This document shows, one piece after another, positions 8,401-17,419 of a stretch of DNA of 64,000 nt. The notes beneath the pieces were generated by a model. The model saw only the letters and a list, made by a program, of their open reading frames with translations. It was not told where the DNA came from and searched no databases. The position numbers and the translations under genes are program-made. The first letter of the stretch is position 1; each line of letters opens with the position of its first letter. Location of the stretch: the NCBI GenBank assembly GCA_051251855.1, contig JBPOGI010000004.1:256001-320000 (forward strand), read 5' to 3'. The stretch comes from Roseibacillus sp. (lineage in GTDB: Bacteria; Verrucomicrobiota; Verrucomicrobiia; Verrucomicrobiales; Akkermansiaceae).

Positions 8401-10864
8401 AGGAAGCGATCTCTCCCTTTACCGAGCCCGAGTCAGCTCTAATTCCTTTTCCAGTGCGAGTATCTCAGGCAGCAATGCCGATATTTCACTAGAAGACACC
8501 TGCTTCCACCGCTCCAGAGGAATACAGATCACCAATGGCTCTCTCACTGCCGTGAACACCGAATTCGGTGGTCTGCGTGACGGAGCCATCATCGCGGACT
8601 TCTCGACCGTCTCTCTCGTCAATTGCGGATTCACCCGCTCGCGCTCTAGCAATGAGGACCATGACATCCAGATTCTGAACAACTCGATTCTCACTGCCAC
8701 CAACTCGTTCGCTTGGGGATACGACCCCAACAACAATTTCGACCTCGATTGGATCGAAATCGATAGCAGCTCCGGCGCGACCTTTTCCCACTGCCTCATC
8801 CAAGGGATGAATCCTGCCGGAACTGGCAATCTCAATGGCAATTTAACCGCCAACGACCCCCTTCTGGTGCGCTTCGATACCGCTACCGACTTACTCGGAT
8901 CTCCGCCCCTCGAACGAGCCCTTCCTAGCCACTTGTCAAACTGCATCGATGCTGGGCTCAGCACTGCCAACACAACGACAAAAGACCTCAACAACTCCCT
9001 TCGCATTCGCGGCAGTAGCATCGACATCGGTCCCCACGAGCACCACCGCATCTATGTTGATGAAACGGCAATCCTCGCCGAAACTGGCGACAATTGGGCC
9101 AACGCCCTTCGCGATCTCCCCGCCGACCTCACTGCTATCCGGGGAGCCACCTCCATCTACGTGGCCAAGGGAAACTATTCGCAAGCAATCCTCGCCCCCG
9201 CCGGCTTGCAACTCTTCGGTGGCTTCCCCAAGGCAGGTTCTACCTTCGCCCTGCGTCAACCAAAGGTACACGAAACCCTTCTCATGGGCGGCATCGAGAA
9301 CTACAATCGCTTTCTCGACAGCGGATCCGTCGAATCATTCACCGGCCGCCCCACCAACGATGTCCCCGGAGTCCTAGACGGCTTCATCATCGAAGACTCC
9401 GTCGATTCCAACTCAGTAATCATCCTCGGAAACATCCACCTCGTGGAGAATTGTATCTTCCGGAACAACGCCAGCACCAGCACCACATTCGGCGGATATC
9501 AACCGGGAGGCTCTTCACTCCGTATTCCAGCAGGAACCTTCTCGAACGTGCGCAATTGTCGCTTCGAAGGAAACACTGCCGCCGCTTGGGGAGGAGCGGT
9601 TCTCGTGTTTGGACAAGAGCAAACTTCTGGCATTGGAGGCTCCGGTTTTCACTATTTTGAGAATTGCCTCTTCCTCTCTAACAGCGCCGGTTTTGGAGGC
9701 GCGGTCATGTTTCATAGTGACAGTGGCAGCTACAGTGCCATCCCTGCAAGATTCCCCACCATGTTCTTTCAATTCGAAGACTGCGCTTTCAAAGGGAATA
9801 GCGCCACCAGCGAAGGTGGAGCCGTCTATATCGGAGCCGGGGCCTATGGCGAATTCCGCGATTGCGTGATGCAAGGCAATCGATCCGACCTCTTCGGCGG
9901 TGCCATCGGGCGGAATATTGGCTTAACCGATGCGGGACAATTTCGCTCCACGGTCGACTTCACGAACTGCACGATACAAGGCAACTTCGCGGCGGTACTG
10001 GGCGGCGGCGTTGATGGCGTTGCGGACTACATCAACACTGTCCTCTGGGGAAATCGCGCTGCGGAAGGAAATAATAATTTCACTGAGCCTATCCCATCGT
10101 TCGGACTCCTCAACAGCTTCGAAAACTGCTTGGTCGATGGCATCAATCTCGAGGAAGAACCCACCGCAACAGCTTCATGGACCGGTAACCTCGACGGCAC
10201 GGATTCGGCTAACAATCCTCGCTTCCGAGTCGAAATCTCAGCTGCCGAAGCACCCACTCTGCGCGGCGACCTGAGGTTAACGACGAGTTCTCCCCTGCTG
10301 CATGCGGGCACCCTTCCCTTCGCTAGCTTTATAGCCTCGAATCCTGTGGATGCCGCTGGTAACTCCCGCCTCCAAGGCCCTGCCATTGCCCTCGGTGCCT
10401 ACGAAACTCCTGTTGCCCCCTTCTACACTCCTACCGAAACCGCGGTCTGGGAAAGCGACCTCGATGGCGACGGAACCTCTCACGGAGCAGAACTCCTCCT
10501 CGGGACTGACCCCAATATCGCAGACCCTTGTCACCCCAACGCCTTCACCCTGGTCAGCGCCGGAAAATCTCCTGGAACCTTGGCCACCAGGTTCGCAAAC
10601 TTCACCCTCGGCGTCAGTCCCACCGCCCCCGCCAATAGCCATTGGGTGGTCACCCGTAGCCTCACCTTGGAACCCGGGAGCTTCCAAGACCTCCTACTCT
10701 ATGATGGCACCGATCTGATTGAGGCCAACCCCTTCGGCCCCGTCAATTCTTCCTCTAACCTCTCCAGCGGCCTCATCAACCTCAACTCCAACACAATCGA
10801 CGTTCCCAAAGTCTTCTACCGCTTCGAGGCGCGCCGAGCACCCGAGGTCAGCTATCCACAGTAG
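5405..10864 (+). CDS. Giant secreted right-handed parallel beta-helix repeat protein (Pmp-like GGA(I/V)/FxxN repeats, choice-of-anchor-Q-like segments)
   Basis: Signal peptide; three IYVD..A.G...G.(S/N)W.. modules; many F..N.A...GGA(I/V) repeats; S..IDAG....DL....R..G..ID.G..E segments; C-terminal DLDGDG..HGAELLLGTDP...FYRFEA module. Confidence 0.85.
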   Translation: MTPSHLKHITARSLLVFLVSCLSLNAQIYVDASATGSNNGTSWTNAYNNLQDALAAVPSFGSSILVAEGVYYPDEGGSTTNNDSSARFSIPENAILFGGYPAGGGSASTRDPYHNRTTLSGDITQDDIPAKKGNPTEFVGTNSLTVVSITSGNLTSLDGFEIRNGDIGINFHGSAGAVCERTIEQCFIVNNSIGVRMTSLHKSSFTIPLFINCQFSGNSDEAVFVDGAKPSFLNCTFQGNAFAIYALNGNIGVALPNTQINKRSNLSFTNCIFWNNYPLDSSYLFAEEGSDGIFLEPPFVTPGGVQHFQAQASYTNCMRQTPTATVSPQFIEELQNDEIPSHRGLLRLGLDSDSIDAGVAAPDAGTLDLADNPRVRGASIDQGCFEHRGYIYVDQAAGPGGNGASWASSFQTLEAALIVSARGQHILLAKGDYYPDETDKRSDTFTIDDIFLYGGYPAGGGLPKERDPNFHKTTLSGDLLQNGNTISDDSHHVVTIPQKSFGVIDGVTIIRGNTEGATDKRGAAIYAPSEAQLFLRNSSLLQNTSTTNAGGIYLGSNSAASIENCLFNENNAAGKGGGIYASSSAVHLSNTTFDDNAAFRGGAIYGLSTSGEWNESLFDGNNASDSGGAAYLITSLPGHRVTSTTFRDNAAASQDGGALLESGQPSSFEGCLFEGNSAGDDGGAVSTSSAGSVFENCRFKGNAANDNGGGLWILAASPDIIHCGFHGNSAGGDGGGFAMSFNSQPEVSGTWIWQNSASGVTNTLSASAFIPPRTAATFIDFIDETSYLHNFPEAPLLFDGMNGPTIQVASELDPLASPQTGGDLHLVYPSPSVANSDPLLLGPDLAQKFIIGAGDVSGLRAALAIAEPFDVVYLPAGNYDLLNESLVVRPGTQLGSSSAKIPSTQIGDDPTDVTPTQPLVRRQGTTRLRPYLFTTGDFASRAQTLLSLQGSATLFNLDIGTGRASEPASLAGLGSAIRTVSLGEVKIHDSELLGGVHTGGSDLSLYRARVSSNSFSSASISGSNADISLEDTCFHRSRGIQITNGSLTAVNTEFGGLRDGAIIADFSTVSLVNCGFTRSRSSNEDHDIQILNNSILTATNSFAWGYDPNNNFDLDWIEIDSSSGATFSHCLIQGMNPAGTGNLNGNLTANDPLLVRFDTATDLLGSPPLERALPSHLSNCIDAGLSTANTTTKDLNNSLRIRGSSIDIGPHEHHRIYVDETAILAETGDNWANALRDLPADLTAIRGATSIYVAKGNYSQAILAPAGLQLFGGFPKAGSTFALRQPKVHETLLMGGIENYNRFLDSGSVESFTGRPTNDVPGVLDGFIIEDSVDSNSVIILGNIHLVENCIFRNNASTSTTFGGYQPGGSSLRIPAGTFSNVRNCRFEGNTAAAWGGAVLVFGQEQTSGIGGSGFHYFENCLFLSNSAGFGGAVMFHSDSGSYSAIPARFPTMFFQFEDCAFKGNSATSEGGAVYIGAGAYGEFRDCVMQGNRSDLFGGAIGRNIGLTDAGQFRSTVDFTNCTIQGNFAAVLGGGVDGVADYINTVLWGNRAAEGNNNFTEPIPSFGLLNSFENCLVDGINLEEEPTATASWTGNLDGTDSANNPRFRVEISAAEAPTLRGDLRLTTSSPLLHAGTLPFASFIASNPVDAAGNSRLQGPAIALGAYETPVAPFYTPTETAVWESDLDGDGTSHGAELLLGTDPNIADPCHPNAFTLVSAGKSPGTLATRFANFTLGVSPTAPANSHWVVTRSLTLEPGSFQDLLLYDGTDLIEANPFGPVNSSSNLSSGLINLNSNTIDVPKVFYRFEARRAPEVSYPQ

Positions 10865-10903
10865 AATGCGCTAACAGAAGCCCATCGCTTGGAGCGTCAC
10901 ACC

Positions 10904-11386
10904 CTACTGGTCCTTTTCAGACTGCGCCGCGACCTTCAGAAAACCTAAAATCCCGCCAATCGAAGCCTCTAACTGCTGCGCCACGTCCTCGTAGGCCCGG
11001 CGACCACAGCCAATCGGATCGCTGATGTCTCCGCCCACTTGGCCATCGATTTCCGCAAACTCAGTCACGAGAAAGAGTTTGTCCTGATGCTCCGGAAACA
11101 TCTGCTGGAGAATATGAAGATGCCCACTCGTCAGGCAAAAAACGTGAGAAGCTTCCTCCAAAATATCCTCATCAACCATCCGACTGGCGAAGCCGTCGAT
11201 AGGAGCCTCTTTCTCAGCGAGAATCGCGAGAGTCTCAGGACTGGCCGCTGATCCTCCATAAGCCGACACCCCTGCCGACGACACCTGATAGCCCTTCCCT
11301 TCCGAAGCCTTGCGAAAGAGACCCTCGGCCATGGGACTGCGACAGGTATTTCCTGTGCAGACAAAGAGAACATTCACATCAGCCAT
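10904..11386 (-). CDS. Low-molecular-weight protein phosphatase, YwlE-like (arginine/tyrosine)
   Basis: P-loop VLFVCTGNTCRSPMAE and D-loop DISDPIG. Probable start at MADV (11386). Confidence 0.9.
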   Translation of the reverse strand: MADVNVLFVCTGNTCRSPMAEGLFRKASEGKGYQVSSAGVSAYGGSAASPETLAILAEKEAPIDGFASRMVDEDILEEASHVFCLTSGHLHILQQMFPEHQDKLFLVTEFAEIDGQVGGDISDPIGCGRRAYEDVAQQLEASIGGILGFLKVAAQSEKDQ

Positions 11387-11495
11387 CGAGAGAATATTCA
11401 CCGAAAACCGCCTCAGGCCAAACCCTTTTCTTGCCGAGCTCGTTGATTGAATCACGGTCCCCACCCCGTAGTCTTTGAGCAGAAATCACCCTCCT

Positions 11496-11894
11496 ATGAA
11501 AATCGCCAAAATCATTTTCTCCCTCCTTTTCCTGCTCGCGATGTATTGGCAGTTCAACGATGCCGAGCAATACGGCAATCACGACGCCTGGTTCTGGATT
11601 TTCTTCTACCTCGCCGCTGCCCTTCTCACTGCCGCCATGGTCAAATGGCAGCAACCCAAATGGCTCCTCCCCGCCATTGTCGGATTTTGCCTCGGTTCGG
11701 CACTTTTCCGAATGCAGGACGAAGTGGGCAACTTCGACTTTACCACCATTGTTCGCGCCACTCCCGTTCCCTCGCAAATGAACGCCACGACCCAAAAGCC
11801 CAACGAGGTCGATGCTCTGTTACTGGTCGGAATTTGGTTTGGAGTGGTCGCCGTCTTGGAACGCAAGAAAGGAAGCTACAAAGGTAAATCGTAA
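11496..11894 (+). CDS. Small membrane protein (transmembrane-220-like)
   Basis: Several hydrophobic segments and a QFND...D.W.WI..Y motif. Probable start MKIAK. Confidence 0.7.
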   Translation: MKIAKIIFSLLFLLAMYWQFNDAEQYGNHDAWFWIFFYLAAALLTAAMVKWQQPKWLLPAIVGFCLGSALFRMQDEVGNFDFTTIVRATPVPSQMNATTQKPNEVDALLLVGIWFGVVAVLERKKGSYKGKS

Positions 11895-13804
11895 CTCCGC
11901 CCATCCTTGCCTTCGTAATAGTGCATGTAGGCCGTATTCGCGACCGCAACCCCCCCTTGGGTCGGATAATCACCCGTAAAATACCAATCGCCCGATTTCT
12001 CATCAATGGAGGCGTGAAGGTTCTCAATCGTTTGATAAATCACTTCGATTTCGCCATGCCAACTCATCTCCTCCGGTGTCACTAACAAGGCAATCTCCGC
12101 CGAAATTTCTTCTGGACTCAATCCTTCGTAAACCGCCTTCACCGCATTGACCCGCTCTTCCGCCGGCTTAGCCATCTCAACTTTACACTGTTGATAAGCC
12201 TCTTCCAAAACCGAGGCCTGCCCCCGCTTCTTGCGCAAACTTTCCGCCGCTCGGAAGGCGATGAATTTCCCCATCTCTGACATGTCGATGCCATAGCAAT
12301 CGGGGTAGCGAATCTGCGGCGCAGTCGAGCAAATCACGATCTTCTTGGGCTTGGTACGGGAAAGAATCTTCAGAATCGATTTCTTAAGCGTCGTCCCGCG
12401 CACGATAGAATCGTCCAGCACCACGAGAGCTCCTTCCTCACTCACGAGACCGTAAGTAATATCGTAAACATGAGACACCAATTGGGCCCGCCCTTTTTCC
12501 TGCGAAATAAAGGTCCGCATCTTGATGTCCTTGTGAGCCACCTTTTCTCCGCGTGGCCAGTTCTTCATGATGAGTTCATCGAGCAACTCATCCGTCACCT
12601 CGCCCGCCTTGACCGCAGCCGCAATCTGCGTCTTCACTTGGTCGCGCCGATAGAGCCGCAATCCATCCATTAAACCGTAATAAGCCGTCTCCGCCGTATT
12701 CGGAATGAAGGAGAACACCGCTTTCTCAAAGTTATCACCGATGCTCTCCACGATCTGGGGCACCAATGCCGCCCCCATCGCCTTGCGCTCTTTATAGATG
12801 CCCGGATCATTTCCTCGGGAAAAATAGATGCGCTCAAAGGAACAAGGAGAAGGCTTCTCGTCTTTGCGAAAGCTGGAACGCTTCATTTCACCGTGGCGGT
12901 CCACCGTAATCACCTCACCGGGAGGGACCTCTTCGATATCCTCTTGCTCGGTTTCAAAGACCGTCATCAAGGGCACCCGCTCGCTCGCGAACGCAATGAC
13001 CTCATCATCCATATACATGAAACAAGGCCGAATCCCGCGCGGGTCACGAGTGACGAACATATCGCCATTTCCCACCACTCCCGCGATGGTATAGCCGCCA
13101 TCCCATTGCTCCGCCGACTCCGCGACGATCTTTCCAATATCGAGTTCCTCCGAAATCAAGTCCTGCCGGCTCTGCCCATCGACTTCTTCCGAATCCCGCA
13201 AACGCCGATAGATATCAGTATGCGCCTCATCGAGATGAAAACCCACTTCCTCCAACACAGTCTGAGTATCGGTGCCAAAAATCGGATGCTGCCCCCGCTC
13301 AATGAGCTTGCGATTCAACTCTCCCGCATTGGTCATGTTAAAGTTGCCCAAAACCAACAGCGTCCGAGTCGGCCAGTTGCTGCGACGAAGATAAGGATGG
13401 CAAGACCCCTCGCTAAATTCACCACTGGTCCCGTAGCGCAAGTGCCCCATCAGGACCTCCCCCCCGAACTCAAACTTCTCTTTGATAGAAGCGGGATCAT
13501 TGGTATTTAGAATTTCCCGACGCTCCATCTTATTGAACTTCTTCATCTCGCGCCGGAACATCCCCGCGAGAGAATCCTTCGCCGCATCACGCCTGCGGAA
13601 AATATAAGGTTCCCCCAGCGGCATCCCCAGCTTCACACAGCCCATTCCGACGCCATCATGGCCCCGATTGTGCTGCTTCTCCATCAGGAGCATGAGCTTG
13701 TTGAAGCCCCACAAAGCGGTGCCGTATTTATCGTAATAATATTGCAGTGGCTTGCGCAAACGCACTACCGCCACCCCGCACTCGTGTTTCAGAAAATCGC
13801 TCAA
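11876..13804 (-). CDS. purF: Amidophosphoribosyltransferase (long type)
   Basis: N-terminal KHECG, QHNRG, GHLRYGT, FERIYFSR, PRPP-binding VVLDDSIVRGTT, and PDCYGIDM. Confidence 0.96.
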   Translation of the reverse strand: MSDFLKHECGVAVVRLRKPLQYYYDKYGTALWGFNKLMLLMEKQHNRGHDGVGMGCVKLGMPLGEPYIFRRRDAAKDSLAGMFRREMKKFNKMERREILNTNDPASIKEKFEFGGEVLMGHLRYGTSGEFSEGSCHPYLRRSNWPTRTLLVLGNFNMTNAGELNRKLIERGQHPIFGTDTQTVLEEVGFHLDEAHTDIYRRLRDSEEVDGQSRQDLISEELDIGKIVAESAEQWDGGYTIAGVVGNGDMFVTRDPRGIRPCFMYMDDEVIAFASERVPLMTVFETEQEDIEEVPPGEVITVDRHGEMKRSSFRKDEKPSPCSFERIYFSRGNDPGIYKERKAMGAALVPQIVESIGDNFEKAVFSFIPNTAETAYYGLMDGLRLYRRDQVKTQIAAAVKAGEVTDELLDELIMKNWPRGEKVAHKDIKMRTFISQEKGRAQLVSHVYDITYGLVSEEGALVVLDDSIVRGTTLKKSILKILSRTKPKKIVICSTAPQIRYPDCYGIDMSEMGKFIAFRAAESLRKKRGQASVLEEAYQQCKVEMAKPAEERVNAVKAVYEGLSPEEISAEIALLVTPEEMSWHGEIEVIYQTIENLHASIDEKSGDWYFTGDYPTQGGVAVANTAYMHYYEGKDGRSYDLPL

Positions 13805-14051
13805 AACTATGTTTCAGTGAACCGGACTCCGCGAAGGTGGGCAAAGTCCCCAATGATGCCAAGCCCCAATCCCTTCCTTCTCAAAAATGCTTCGAAACAG
13901 GGTCAAACGCCCATCCAAATAGGAGGATCGACTTCAGTCGTCCACAAACGGTTCCGACCCTCCAAAATCCTTCAACCCGTAGTCTTCGACGACTGAACTC
14001 GAATGGCACTGTGCTGTGTTAAGCCACTCTGTCGTGCCGAGTGCAAGGAGA

Positions 14052-14076
14052 TGGGAGCGCGGTCTTTCCAAGCCGC
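14052..14076 (+). repeat. REP-like palindrome (GGAGC-led)
   Basis: gggagcgcggtctttccaagccgc forms an imperfect gcgg.ctt/aagccgc hairpin after GGAGC. Intergenic. Confidence 0.4.
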
Positions 14077-14308
14077 CACCTTAAAATAAATAATGTTAAG
14101 GGTAGGCCTGTTCGTTTGCGAATCCACTGTTCCTGTATTGATTCGTCCGCCCTCCTCTGAGCGATTTCCACCCCAGCGCCTTAAAAATCCACGCTCCTGA
14201 GCCCTGCGGCCACTTTTTCGTTATCTCCTGATTCTTCACCTATCTCAATGCCATTCGTCTGAATTCGACGCTCCTCGCTCCCTACACCCCTTCTTAGTAG
14301 CGTGACTC

Positions 14309-17300
14309 ATGAGCAAGTCTCACCGAGAGACCCAAAATTTCCTCTTTCCCTTCCAAGTGAGAAAAGACAGCTTTCCTCCCATGTTGAGGCTCTTACTTTC
14401 TTTCCTTTTCCTATCTCCCCTCCTCTCAGCTCGCGAGGAAATCCCCCTCATGGGCGAATGGCAGTTCAGCCATGAAAGTCAGACCTCTAAAGGTTGGCAA
14501 ACCGTCACCCTCCCCCACGATTGGTCCTGGGAAATGGGCCCCCAGAAGGATGGCGTGCAAAAAGACAAGGGCGGCTACCGCGTCGGAGGCGTCGGCCAGT
14601 ATCGCAAAGATTTCGAGCTCCCCGACTCCTTTGCCGGCCGGCGAGTCTCCATCCACTTCGATGGCGTCTATCGCAACTCCACCGTCTCCATCAACGGCAA
14701 AAAGCTTGGCACCCGACCCTACGGCTACATCCCCTTCTACTACAATCTCACCAAACATCTCCGCGAGGGCTCAAACACCATCGAAGTCCACGTCGATAAC
14801 TCCCGCGAGCCTTCCACCCGTTGGTATCATCCCTGCGGCATCTACGCCCCGGTGCGCTTGATCGCGACCCATCCCGAACACTTCTTCTTTCACGACACCA
14901 CCTTCGTCACCACCCCCGAAATCAACGACACCGAAGCGACTGTCGCCATCAAAACCCAAATCAAAGACCCCACCGGCCTCCAACTCCGCATCGAGATTCA
15001 AGGCCCCAGCGGCAAAGTGGTCGCCACCTCCAACTCCACTCCAAAGAAGGACGAAACAACCCGCCTCACTGTTCCCAACCCCCAACTCTGGGACCTCGAC
15101 TCCCCCTCTCTCTACACCGCCCAATTGACCCTCACCAAAGACGGCCAAGCAGTCGACACCAACAAAGTCACCTTCGGTATCCGCACCATCAAGTGGGACA
15201 AAGACACCGGCTTTCACCTCAACGGCAAGGTCACCAAGCTCCGCGGCGTCTGCGAACACCTCACCGGCGGCCCCGTGGGAGGCGCTTGGACTCCCGAACT
15301 CCTCGAATGGAAACTCCGCGAACTCAAAGCGATGGGCTGCAACGCCATCCGCACTGCCCACAATCCCCATCATCACTTCTTCTACGACCTTTGCGACCAA
15401 CTTGGCATCCTCGTGATGGACGAAATCTTCGATGGTTGGCTCAAAAAAGCCCCCGAGGACTACGGAGCCCTTCACTTTGACAAATGGTGGCGACGCGATC
15501 TGAAAGAGTGGGTTCTTCGCGACCGCAACCATCCTTCCATCGTCATCTGGTCCGTCGGTAACGAGACCCATGGCAAAGTCGCTCCCGAACTCGTCAAGCT
15601 CGTCAACAGCCTAGACGGTACCCGTCCTGTCACCTCCGGAGATTCCGGCCGCAACCAAATGGACGTCATTGGAATCAACGGCGGTTCCGAGAAAAAATCC
15701 TTCTATGAAACCGGCCCCCTTGACCGCGCCTTCATTGCCACCGAAGCGACCCACACTTGGCAAGTGCGCGGATTCTACAAATCGAAAACCTGGTATCGCG
15801 ACGGCTACCCGAACAAGCGGCAGCAGCCATTTTTCATCCCCGACCTCACCGAGAAAGAAGTCTTCCCCAACGCCTTCCTCGCCCCCGAGGCCATGGCCAA
15901 TCGCAAGCAATTTTTCAATTCCTCCTACGACAACGGCACCGTCCGCATCAGCGCTCGCCAACACTGGGAAAAAGTGCGCGACCTTCCTTGGATCGCAGGC
16001 GCCTTTCGCTGGACCGGTTTCGATTACCCCGGAGAATCTTCCTATGTCCACGGCGGTTGGCCCTTCCACGCCTTTGCCGGAGGCACCAACGACCTCGCCG
16101 GCTTTCGAAAAGACCTCTTCTACTTCTACCAAAGTCAATGGACCAGCGAGCCCATGATTCACGTCCTTCCTCACTGGACCCATCACCAAATTCCGCTCGG
16201 AACCCTCATTCCCGTGCAAGCCTACTCCAACGCCGAAGAAGTCGAACTCTTCCTCGATGGAAAATCTCTCGGCATCGACAAGCCCGGCACCAAGGCCCTC
16301 GAAATGCAATGCGACTGGATGGTCCCGTGGCAACCCGGCACTCTCGTTGCCATCGCTCGAAACGGTGGCAAGGAAGTGGCTCGAAACGGCCACATCACCG
16401 CCACTGCACCAACTTGGCTGAAAGCCACCATCGACAAAACCGTTCCGAATCACGACCTCATCACCATCGACACCGTTGACGCTAGCGGAGTGTTCCAGCC
16501 TTATGGCGAAAACCTCATCTTCGCCCACCTCAGCGGAGACGCTCACCTCCTTTCCTTCGAAAACGGGCACCCCGCCGACCCCGCTCCTCCTGTCGCCAAA
16601 AAGCGCCGCGCTTTCATGGGCAAAGCCCGCCTCTTCCTGCAATCTCCGAACAACAACTACAACCTAACCCTCGGGGCTATCCTCGGGGAACGCCGCCAAC
16701 TCAATTCCAACCTCGCCGCCATCGACATCAAGAACATCACCAACGGAGAAGTCACCAGCGGCGAATTCCAAATCCACTACACCCTCGACGGCAGCGAACC
16801 CACTTCCTCTAGCGCGCGCTATGTAGGCCCTTTCCAAACACCCCCAGTTTGCACTGTGAAAGCAATTGTCCTCCGCAACCAGGAAACCATCCTCCAACTC
16901 GAAGAGACCTTCGGACCCAAGCTCGGACTCCACTGGGCCGATCCCAACGAAGCCACCAACAACGCCTCCCCCACCGCCCTCCAAGCCGAAGATGCCAAGT
17001 TCAAAGGCGCGACCGTTATCACGAAAATGGAAGGCTACCATGGCAAGGGCTACCTCGACTTTGACGGCAAGGAAGGCTTCCTCGAATTCTACCAAGAAAA
17101 CGACGGCCCTCCCGGCGACGCCACTCTTCACATTCGCTACCTCAAAACCGAAAAAGGAAGAAAAACTCCTCTCAAAATCACCCTCAACGGCAAGTCCTTC
17201 CCCTCACCACGCCTCTGGTCCAGCGACAAATGGCAAACCGCCAAAATCCCCGTCAAAATTCAATCGGGCGCCAACACCCTCCGCCTCGAAAGCACCGGCC

Positions 17301-17338
17301 AATCCGCCCCCCAATTCGACGAAGTCGATTTTCGATAG
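14309..17338 (+). CDS. GH2 beta-galactosidase-like glycoside hydrolase with Fn3-associated/CHB_HEX-like and C-terminal CBM35/CBM6-like domains
   Basis: VTLPHDW, HFDGVY, RWYHPCGIY, NAIRTAHNP, WSVGNE (acid/base), WTGFDY, IHYTLDGSEP, QAEDA...GYHGKGYLDF. True start may be MLRLLL (14381). Confidence 0.92.
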   Translation: MSKSHRETQNFLFPFQVRKDSFPPMLRLLLSFLFLSPLLSAREEIPLMGEWQFSHESQTSKGWQTVTLPHDWSWEMGPQKDGVQKDKGGYRVGGVGQYRKDFELPDSFAGRRVSIHFDGVYRNSTVSINGKKLGTRPYGYIPFYYNLTKHLREGSNTIEVHVDNSREPSTRWYHPCGIYAPVRLIATHPEHFFFHDTTFVTTPEINDTEATVAIKTQIKDPTGLQLRIEIQGPSGKVVATSNSTPKKDETTRLTVPNPQLWDLDSPSLYTAQLTLTKDGQAVDTNKVTFGIRTIKWDKDTGFHLNGKVTKLRGVCEHLTGGPVGGAWTPELLEWKLRELKAMGCNAIRTAHNPHHHFFYDLCDQLGILVMDEIFDGWLKKAPEDYGALHFDKWWRRDLKEWVLRDRNHPSIVIWSVGNETHGKVAPELVKLVNSLDGTRPVTSGDSGRNQMDVIGINGGSEKKSFYETGPLDRAFIATEATHTWQVRGFYKSKTWYRDGYPNKRQQPFFIPDLTEKEVFPNAFLAPEAMANRKQFFNSSYDNGTVRISARQHWEKVRDLPWIAGAFRWTGFDYPGESSYVHGGWPFHAFAGGTNDLAGFRKDLFYFYQSQWTSEPMIHVLPHWTHHQIPLGTLIPVQAYSNAEEVELFLDGKSLGIDKPGTKALEMQCDWMVPWQPGTLVAIARNGGKEVARNGHITATAPTWLKATIDKTVPNHDLITIDTVDASGVFQPYGENLIFAHLSGDAHLLSFENGHPADPAPPVAKKRRAFMGKARLFLQSPNNNYNLTLGAILGERRQLNSNLAAIDIKNITNGEVTSGEFQIHYTLDGSEPTSSSARYVGPFQTPPVCTVKAIVLRNQETILQLEETFGPKLGLHWADPNEATNNASPTALQAEDAKFKGATVITKMEGYHGKGYLDFDGKEGFLEFYQENDGPPGDATLHIRYLKTEKGRKTPLKITLNGKSFPSPRLWSSDKWQTAKIPVKIQSGANTLRLESTGQSAPQFDEVDFR

Positions 17339-17343
17339 TGACA

Positions 17344-17415
17344 GGAGCAAGGACATTCCTGTCCTTGAACTCAACCGTTTCCCACTTCTAACAAGGACAG
17401 GAATGTCCTTGCTCC
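17344..17415. repeat. Inverted REP doublet (REPIN-like) between convergent genes
   Basis: ggagcaaggacattcctgtccttg (17344-17367) and its exact reverse complement (17392-17415). Each arm is itself a caaggaca-ttcc-tgtccttg hairpin. Confidence 0.85.
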
Positions 17416-17419
17416 ACTA

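Noticed and set aside
10904..11386. LMW phosphatase as the off-switch for the ECF-linked kinase
   Set aside because: It is convergent and separate, and its CTGNTCRS loop suggests Arg/Tyr rather than Ser/Thr specificity.
13805..14050. Purine, ZTP or PRPP riboswitch upstream of purF (or purM)
   Set aside because: No recognisable consensus by eye. An Infernal/Rfam scan would be needed to exclude it.
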